Below the pieces are notes generated by a model, which was given only the letters and a program-made list of their open reading frames with translations, was not told the DNA's origin and did no database searches. A DNA stretch of 34,283 nt from an uncultured Gammaproteobacteria bacterium (lineage in GTDB: Bacteria; Patescibacteriota; Patescibacteriia; 2-12-FULL-60-25): NCBI GenBank assembly GCA_964349535.1, contig CAYGGQ010000001.1:1-34283 (forward strand). The letters run 5' to 3'. How positions within the stretch are numbered: the first letter of the stretch is position 1; each line of letters opens with the position of its first letter. This document shows, one piece after another, positions 18,247 to 24,682 of this stretch. Both the position numbers and the translations under genes were made by a program.

Positions 18247-19677
18247 ATGCAAACACGTTTGATCAGTTTTTTTGTCTCTCTCTTCGGGCTTTCTTTATTG
18301 ACCCTCCAGCCACTCACGGTCTACGCGCAGATAGCAACCTCTACTAGCGTCGGCGCTACGACCTCTACGTTTAATCCGGAGTTCATTTTAAGCAATGACG
18401 ATCTGTTTGAATTTCAAGGCATGAATCTTGAACGTATCCAACAGTTCCTGGTGAGCAAGCCTGGGGTCTTAGCGAACTATCGCACAAACGACATCGATGG
18501 TGTCGAAAAATCTGCGGCAACGATTCTTTGGCGCGTCGCGACCTCCTATCATATCAACCCAAAATACCTGTTAGCCTTAATGCAAAAAGAACAGAGCTTG
18601 GTCGAGGACCCCAATCCAGCACAAAAACAGTTTGATTGGGCCACGGGCTATGCCATTTGTGATGCCTGTTCAAAAAACGACCCACGGCTGCAAGAATTCA
18701 AAGGTTTCGCGAGTCAGCTTGAATGGGCGGCGAAGCAGCATCGTGAAAAATATCTGATTCAAATTCTTGGTCGTGGCACGACCGTCGCCGGCTACGCACC
18801 CGGAAAAACGATTAAAATTGACGGTCAAACGCTCACGCCCAAAAACCAGGCAACCGCCATGCTCTACAGCTATACCCCTCATCTTCATGGCAACCTGAAC
18901 CTCTGGAACATCTGGCAACGCTGGTTCTCGCTACTCTTTCCAGAAGGAACCGTGGTCCGTGGTGCTCCCTCAAACAAGACCTACTTGATTCGATTTGGAG
19001 AAAAACGCCCATTCAAAAGCAAAGCGGTAGCCGCCTCCATGGTAGATCCAAACAAAGTCATCAACGTCAGTGACAATCAAATCGCCTCCTACCCTACGGG
19101 ACCAACCATTTCCTTTCCAAACTATTCGATTGTCGAAACACCCGATAAAAAACGTTATTTGATCAGCGGCGATAACAAACGATGGATCGCTGGACTCAAA
19201 GTCTTTCGTCAATTTGGTTTTAATGAGGATGAAATTATTGAGGCGAGTGCAGACGACCTGCTTGCCTATGCGGATGCTCCCGACATCACCGCGTCTACCA
19301 CGCACCCAACAGGGCTGCTGGCAAAAGACGCGGAAAAAAGCTATTGGTATCTAGAAAACGACGTCCGACGACTCATCTTGAATAAAACATTCCTGAATTT
19401 GTATTTTAAAAATCGTACCGCCCGCCTGCTCACGCAAAAACAACTTTCTGCTTTTACGATTGGTGATCCTTACCGCCTACGCGACGGCGAGCTGGTGCGC
19501 TCCCCCACACAACCAGCCGTTTTTGTGATTGAGAATGGTTTCAGACGTCTTATCCCTTCGGCGGAAGTATTCGAGGAGCTGGGCTGGAAATGGAATAACG
19601 TGGTTTCGCTTCCTGATTCTGTTTTAAAGGATTATGCTATCGGTAGTCCCATCACGACTTCCCTCTCTTCTTTATGA
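18247..19677 (+). CDS. Secreted hypothetical protein (possible cell-wall-associated).
   Basis: Signal peptide MQTRLISFFVSLFGLSLLTLQPLTVYAQ. The block INPKYLLALMQKEQSLV resembles glucosaminidase-type wall hydrolases, but only weakly. Confidence 0.55.
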   Translation: MQTRLISFFVSLFGLSLLTLQPLTVYAQIATSTSVGATTSTFNPEFILSNDDLFEFQGMNLERIQQFLVSKPGVLANYRTNDIDGVEKSAATILWRVATSYHINPKYLLALMQKEQSLVEDPNPAQKQFDWATGYAICDACSKNDPRLQEFKGFASQLEWAAKQHREKYLIQILGRGTTVAGYAPGKTIKIDGQTLTPKNQATAMLYSYTPHLHGNLNLWNIWQRWFSLLFPEGTVVRGAPSNKTYLIRFGEKRPFKSKAVAASMVDPNKVINVSDNQIASYPTGPTISFPNYSIVETPDKKRYLISGDNKRWIAGLKVFRQFGFNEDEIIEASADDLLAYADAPDITASTTHPTGLLAKDAEKSYWYLENDVRRLILNKTFLNLYFKNRTARLLTQKQLSAFTIGDPYRLRDGELVRSPTQPAVFVIENGFRRLIPSAEVFEELGWKWNNVVSLPDSVLKDYAIGSPITTSLSSL

Positions 19678-20465
19678 TCGTTTCTGCTGCCATCGTCCCT
19701 CATTCACCGCTGCTCTTACCCTCGATTGGCAAGGAGCACCGCGAAAAATTAAACGCGACCCTGCAAGCCTTCGCGGAAATTGAACAGGCTTTGTATCTTA
19801 CAAAACCAGACACTCTCGTCGTGATTTCGCCGCACGCGCCTATGTATCCAGATGCGTTTAACGGGAACCTTTCCAGTCGCTTCGTGGGGGTATTAAAAGA
19901 GTTTGGTGATCATGGGACGACCATCGAGGCAAAGGCCGACTTCCTCCTTCTCGATCACATCCACCGTGCCATGCGCGCGGAACACATGCCTTTTACCCTC
20001 TCAAGCCAAGAAGAGCTCGATTACGGCTTCACCGTTCCCCTGCTGCTGCTCACCCAACACCTTCCTAAATGGAAACTGGTTCCTCTTTCAACCTCTTTGC
20101 TTGATGCCAGACAGCACTACGAATTTGGTCGACAACTCAAACGAATTCTTCATGCAGAATCTACAAGGGTCGCTGTCATCGCCTCTGCTGATCTTTCTCA
20201 CCATGTCAACAAACAGTCTACACAGGGTGAAGTACCAGAAGGCGCGATCTTTGATAGTTTAGTGCGTGAAAAAACAAAAACGCTGGATGCGGCCGGATTA
20301 CTCGCGGCCGATCCTGCTCTGATCGAAAAAGCGGGACAGTGCGGATATAAACCAATTCTCATGCTGCTGGGTGCGTTAGAAAACATCAACTGTACCTCTA
20401 AGGAATTGTGCTACGAAGCTCCGTTTGGCGTGGGCTATCTCACCGAACGTTTTGATATCGCTTAA
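19674..20465 (+). CDS. Memo-like / class III extradiol dioxygenase subunit B (LigB) superfamily protein.
   Basis: Contains AAIVPHSPLL, VISPHAP, ASADLSHH and GQCGYKPILMLLGAL. ATGA overlap with the upstream gene. Confidence 0.55.
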   Translation: MIVSAAIVPHSPLLLPSIGKEHREKLNATLQAFAEIEQALYLTKPDTLVVISPHAPMYPDAFNGNLSSRFVGVLKEFGDHGTTIEAKADFLLLDHIHRAMRAEHMPFTLSSQEELDYGFTVPLLLLTQHLPKWKLVPLSTSLLDARQHYEFGRQLKRILHAESTRVAVIASADLSHHVNKQSTQGEVPEGAIFDSLVREKTKTLDAAGLLAADPALIEKAGQCGYKPILMLLGALENINCTSKELCYEAPFGVGYLTERFDIA

Positions 20466-20468
20466 ACC

Positions 20469-22181
20469 ATGTTTGTCCAAGTCGTGCCTGTCGTACGAAC
20501 GCCGGCAGGTGTTGATGTGTTTGATTACCGGCTTCCTGCCGGTTTTGAGGCGCGCGTAGGCGATCTTATTCGAGTCCCATTTCGCAAGCAGATCACCCCA
20601 GCACTCGTCGTCGCGCTCCTAAAAACAAGCCCCGTGGCGCACAAAGCGCTCGATGCCATCGACTCTTATGCGGGACTTTCTTTTCCTAGCTCTCTCGTCG
20701 AACTCTTGCACTGGACCGCGGCACGTACCTTTACCTCCAAACCAACCGTTCTTGCCGCATGGATGCGCCAGCTGCCAAAACGACCAACATCGATCGCCTT
20801 TGAAGCGCCCAAACCTCGATTGACCTCCGGCTCTCTGATCGCTCATTGGAACATGAGCGCGTCTGCGGCCCTCGTCGAACGAGCACGCGTAGCTCTAAAA
20901 GAAAATCAACGTGTCCTACTTATCACCCCTTGGAAAAATCGCGTCTTGCGTTATCAACAGCAACTCCCTGGCGCGCAAGGACTGCACAGCGACATGGCAG
21001 ACGGTCAAGCGTTCCAAGCATGGCAAGCATTTGTGACCGGACAAACACGTTGCCTCATCACAACCCGTCTCGGCGCGTGGCTCTCCCCTGTGTCAGACGT
21101 TGTGTTGATTGATGAACCAGAAAACGACGATCATAAACAAGATGATCTCGCTCCTCGCTATGATGCGCGCCTTATGTCTGCTTGGTGCTCTCGTTTTGCT
21201 GGTACGCAAGTCGAAGGATTCGGTCTGACCCCGCCGCTTCATACACGAACGATCGCGCCTACGATCACAACTCCTCTGCATGTCATCATCCGAGAACGTC
21301 AGGGTCGATCGTCGATCCCGATGGTTCAGGCAGACACGCTTCTCCTTTTGAAAGACCATGACGGTCCACGTGTGATCATTCATCCTATTCGTGGGGTTGC
21401 CGCGAGTCTCGTCTGTCGCGATTGTGGATGGCGCGCGATCTGCGCCAACTGCGGTTTTGGTTTGCGCGCGGAAAAGACGAACGCTGTCTGTCGTCAATGC
21501 GGAAAGATGGCCGACCTCCCACAAGACTGTGGCTCTTGTGGGGGCGTAGACCTTGGAAAAGCGATGCCCGGCATCGAACAACTCAAACAAGCGTGGCAGC
21601 GCCATGAGCAAGCGGAGCGCGTCGAATGGCGCGATCAAAGCAACGAATCGATCGATCCGCCATTTCCCACGGGCGCCCTTGTTGTGATCACCGATGGTTC
21701 ACTTTTAGGCGGTGGTTTTGAGGATGTGCGTCGCACCGAACGCCAATGTCAAACCTTCCGTCGTCTCGCAAATCGCGTCGCCGAATGTCATGGGACCCTT
21801 ATCATCCAGTCAGATGAGGCTCTTGCCTCATCTTGGCACTCTTGGCTCAAAGCAGAAGGCGTCACGGCGTGGCAGGAGCGGGAGCGTCATGATCGAGAGC
21901 TGTTTCAATACCCGCCCGCAAAACGTCTTGTTAAAATCCTTGTTGATGGCACAGAACAAGAAGCAATCCATTGGATGGAAAAAGCAAAACCAACGATCGA
22001 CCCAAATGCCCAGTGGCGTGGGCCCTTTCACATCCCCTTTCGTGCCAAATCACGTCGTGAACGTCACGTGTTACATTTGATCTTTCTCACGGACACGACC
22101 GAACAACAACTCATCACTCAATTGACCCCGCTTGCCAGATCCGCCATCATAGACCTTGACCCGATCGCATTTTTCCATTAA
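20469..22181 (+). CDS. priA: Primosomal protein N' (PriA)-like, with a degenerate ATPase motif I.
   Basis: PriA-type N-terminus MFVQVVPVVRTPAGVDVFDYRLP...GDLIRVPF. Cys-rich zinc module CRDCGWRAICANCG...CRQCG...CGSCGG. VLIDEPENDDHKQ aligns to the PriA DEEHD.SYKQ motif. No GxGKT is found where it is expected (VLLITPWKNRV). Confidence 0.7.
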   Translation: MFVQVVPVVRTPAGVDVFDYRLPAGFEARVGDLIRVPFRKQITPALVVALLKTSPVAHKALDAIDSYAGLSFPSSLVELLHWTAARTFTSKPTVLAAWMRQLPKRPTSIAFEAPKPRLTSGSLIAHWNMSASAALVERARVALKENQRVLLITPWKNRVLRYQQQLPGAQGLHSDMADGQAFQAWQAFVTGQTRCLITTRLGAWLSPVSDVVLIDEPENDDHKQDDLAPRYDARLMSAWCSRFAGTQVEGFGLTPPLHTRTIAPTITTPLHVIIRERQGRSSIPMVQADTLLLLKDHDGPRVIIHPIRGVAASLVCRDCGWRAICANCGFGLRAEKTNAVCRQCGKMADLPQDCGSCGGVDLGKAMPGIEQLKQAWQRHEQAERVEWRDQSNESIDPPFPTGALVVITDGSLLGGGFEDVRRTERQCQTFRRLANRVAECHGTLIIQSDEALASSWHSWLKAEGVTAWQERERHDRELFQYPPAKRLVKILVDGTEQEAIHWMEKAKPTIDPNAQWRGPFHIPFRAKSRRERHVLHLIFLTDTTEQQLITQLTPLARSAIIDLDPIAFFH

Positions 22182-22184
22182 CCT
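22156..22184 (+). promoter_or_regulatory. Putative promoter for def, lying inside the priA 3' end.
   Basis: TTGACC (22156-22161), a 17-nt spacer, then TAACCT (22179-22184). The ATG of def lies 13 nt downstream and has no Shine-Dalgarno sequence. Confidence 0.35.
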
Positions 22185-22197
22185 GACTTATCATCCT

Positions 22198-22683
22198 ATG
22201 GAAATGGAACCATTCCAAATTCTGACAGAACCCACAAAGTCCTTACGCGAACGATCGCGCGTATTAGACGTGGAAGAGGTCACGACACCCGAATTTCAGC
22301 AGTATCTCGATCGCCTCATTCATACGATGTTCACCTCTGATGGGGTTGGGATCGCTTCGCCACAGGTTGGACGTAACATACGAGCGATTGTCGTCTTCAT
22401 GCCAAAGGGTGCCGAATGTTTTATCAATCCAGAAATTACCAAGACATCAACAAGCATGACGGACAGCGAGGAGGGTTGTCTAAGCGTCCCCGGCAAGTTT
22501 GGCATTGTCCCGCGTCATAAAAAAGTCACGGTCCGTGCCCTCAACCGCCACGGTCGTCGTGTAGAATTTGACGCTAAAAACTTCCCCGCCATCGTTTTTC
22601 AACACGAAATCGATCATCTCGATGGCATCCTGTTCATCGATAAAGCGACCAGCATGCTGTCAACGGTCAAACGACATATCTAA
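22198..22683 (+). CDS. def: Peptide deformylase.
   Basis: Motifs GVGIASPQVG, EGCLSVPG and QHEIDHLDG. Start taken at ATG 22198, after the priA stop. Confidence 0.92.
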   Translation: MEMEPFQILTEPTKSLRERSRVLDVEEVTTPEFQQYLDRLIHTMFTSDGVGIASPQVGRNIRAIVVFMPKGAECFINPEITKTSTSMTDSEEGCLSVPGKFGIVPRHKKVTVRALNRHGRRVEFDAKNFPAIVFQHEIDHLDGILFIDKATSMLSTVKRHI

Positions 22684-22701
22684 TCTAGCAATTTTCTTCA
22701 A

Positions 22702-23688
22702 TCATCTCTCGTCTTGAGAAGGATTTTGCGTTTTTGTTTGCAGCAATCGTTCCAACTCATAGGCATTCGCATGCCAGCAAAGACCTGAATAGGATGACAG
22801 ATTTTCTGGCGTTGCTCGTTTGAGCATCCGTCTTATCGTCTTCGATCGTAAAACGGTCGCGTGAGGTAAAAGTACGTATCCAAGAAAATCAACCCCTTGC
22901 TTCCACGTCTGTACCTTTACTTTGTTCGGATGCAATTCCATCTTCAATCTATTTTTAAGAAACACATCTACACGTTCTGCCAGATCAAATGCTTCAGATC
23001 GTGCCAACGTCAGAATCACAAAATCATCACAATAACGAACATAATGAATGGCTCGTAACTCATGCTTTACATAGCGATCCAACTCATGAAGATAGACATT
23101 GGCAAAAATCTGGCTTGTGAGATTACCAAGCGGAATGCCACGGCCGGGAAGGACGGAAAAACTCTCGATAATCCCCCGAAGCAAACGAACAACCTTCTCG
23201 TCTTTTACCCTCCGTCCCAACAAGGAAAGCAAAATCTCATGATCTACCGACGCAAAAAACTTCCTGACGTCGCACTTCAACGCATAGACCGTCCTCGTAT
23301 GATTCACGCTCGCCCGTCGGAGAAAAACTCCTAAGCGAGCTACAGCCACATGAGTGCCTTTTTCGAGCCGACATGAATAGCTGTCATAAATGAACCGCGA
23401 CTCAAAAAACGTCTCAATAACATTGACGATCGCTTGATGCACGACCCGATCCCTCACGGTCGCCTTATGTATACTGCGCTGCTTCGGATCAAAAATCGTA
23501 AATGGTTGGTAGGGGCCATGTCGGTATGTTTCTTCAAGGAGACTGTCCCATAAAGAAAAGATATTATCTTCAAGATGATATTCAAACTCCATCACATCCC
23601 CCTTCGATCGCTTGCCTTTGCAAAATCTGTGCCAAGCCTCAAATAAGTTTTCAAGAGAAACGATGCGGTAGAATAGGTCATTATTCAT
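22702..23688 (-). CDS. DGR-type reverse transcriptase.
   Basis: 328 aa. RT motifs are KQRSIHKATVRDRVVHQAIV, LKCDVRKFFASVDHEIL, the DGR-diagnostic IPLGNLTSQIFANVYLHELD ([ILV]GxxxSQ), and YVRYCDDFVIL (YxDD). RBS GGAGAGGT. Confidence 0.92.
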   Translation of the reverse strand: MNNDLFYRIVSLENLFEAWHRFCKGKRSKGDVMEFEYHLEDNIFSLWDSLLEETYRHGPYQPFTIFDPKQRSIHKATVRDRVVHQAIVNVIETFFESRFIYDSYSCRLEKGTHVAVARLGVFLRRASVNHTRTVYALKCDVRKFFASVDHEILLSLLGRRVKDEKVVRLLRGIIESFSVLPGRGIPLGNLTSQIFANVYLHELDRYVKHELRAIHYVRYCDDFVILTLARSEAFDLAERVDVFLKNRLKMELHPNKVKVQTWKQGVDFLGYVLLPHATVLRSKTIRRMLKRATPENLSSYSGLCWHANAYELERLLQTKTQNPSQDER

Positions 23689-23716
23689 TTTTACCTCTCC
23701 GAGAGGAGATTCCTCT

Positions 23717-24101
23717 ATGTTACCCCCCCCGCCACAATTTCAATCAAATCTCTCACAATCCAAGCGACATACCCATCATTCAGGCCATCTATGGTCTCTA
23801 CGCGTTCTGGAATGAAATCTTGCTGAAGTTCCCAAAAACCCAACGACATCTCCTTGGCCAAACCTGTGCCGAATACCTGCTTGATGTACTTGAAAAAACG
23901 CTGGCATCAGCACAAACGACACAGGTCACGGAAAAAATCCCCTACTTACAACACGCGAGTACAAAACTCGATACGCTCAAACTACTCACGCGCCTTACGA
24001 AGGACTGTAAGTGCATTTCAAACGCACAGTATTTGCAAATGGAGTCCAAGCTACAGGAAATAGGCAGGATGCTCGGCGGATGGATCAAGTCGCTTGGATA
24101 A
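23717..24101 (+). CDS. avd: Avd (accessory variability determinant; four-helix-bundle, 23S rRNA IVS protein family). The start requires a 1-nt correction in a C8 tract.
   Basis: In-frame part: PIIQAIYGLYAFWNEILLKFPKTQRHLLGQTCAEYLLDVLEKTL...CISNAQYLQMESKLQEIGRMLGGWIKSLG, the typical Avd C-terminus. The only SD-preceded ATG (GAGAGGAG-N8-ATG at 23717) is in the neighbouring frame. Removing one C from C8 (23723-23730) joins the two frames. The span is 385 nt, that is 3n+1. Confidence 0.75.
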
Positions 24102-24109
24102 AAAGCAAC

Positions 24110-24128
24110 CCCACCTGTGAAAGGTGGG
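24110..24128 (-). terminator. Hairpin between the avd stop and the TR 3' end. It looks like a terminator only on the minus (TR) strand.
   Basis: Minus strand reads CCCACCT-ttcac-AGGTGGG followed by GTTGCTTTTTA. On the plus strand the tail is ATCGTGATGGGG, with no T-run. Confidence 0.45.
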
Positions 24129-24142
24129 ATCGTGATGGGGAG

Positions 24143-24277
24143 TCCCGCAAGCGGGGCACCGAGTAGTTCGAGTTGTCATTGCTGCGGTCGTTGGCGTTGA
24201 CGTTCACCTGACGATTGTCACGGTTGAAGTTCACGATCACGACGTTCTGCCACGCCTCGTCGTCGTTCTCGGGGACG
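24143..24277 (-). repeat. DGR template repeat (TR).
   Basis: 135 bp aligning without gaps to 24687-24821 (offset 544). There are 119 identities. All 16 mismatches are T on the plus strand, which is A on the minus strand of this copy. In the target reading frame it carries 9 AAC and 2 AAT codons. Confidence 0.92.
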
Positions 24278-24614
24278 AGCTATATTACGTTTTCTCCTTC
24301 CATGACACCGAGCACAGGCGCACCCATGCCCTGTATTTTATGCGGGGTGCAACTACGTCAGTTTGATGACATAGCCCATCCCAAAAGAAAACGCGGAGTA
24401 CCCATCATTCGCGCCGCATCACCCTTCGCTCCTGCTGGAGCTACGGGTGACACCCCGAAGCTTTAGCGAAGGGGTGCGCTCTCGAACTCCGTAAAGATCG
24501 AGACTCTGACGGCATATGCGAGTAATAAGAGATTTCGGCGACCGGCATCCGTAAACGCCGATTCATGAGCCTACTTTCCATGCATAAGTATACCAGTTTT
24601 TGATAAAAAAATTA

Positions 24615-24660
24615 GGCGCTCAGGGAACCAAGGTCAGAAGACCAAGGTTCCCCAAGCGCC
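24615..24660 (-). terminator. Long interrupted hairpin 26 nt downstream of the VR. It could be the target-gene terminator and/or a DGR homing-associated hairpin.
   Basis: Minus strand reads GGCGCT-t-GGGAACC-tt-GGTC-ttct-GACC-tt-GGTTCCC-tg-AGCGCC followed by TAATTTTTTT. Confidence 0.6.
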
Positions 24661-24682
24661 AAGTGTTCAAGTTACAAGTGCC

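Noticed and set aside
23502-23716. N-terminal 72 codons of ORF-track entry 23502..24101 (MVGRGHVGMFLQGDCPIKKRYY...).
   Set aside because: This part is antisense to the 5' end of the RT gene and has no Avd similarity. Avd similarity begins only after about 23730. The true start is most likely the SD-preceded ATG at 23717, with a 1-nt homopolymer discrepancy.
24215-24466. 83-aa plus-strand ORF covering part of the TR and the spacer. Several other nested ORFs lie at 24762-25277, 24870-25139, 24880-25137 and 25212-25478.
   Set aside because: They overlap the non-coding TR or the target gene in alternative frames. None has an RBS, and all are attributable to high GC.
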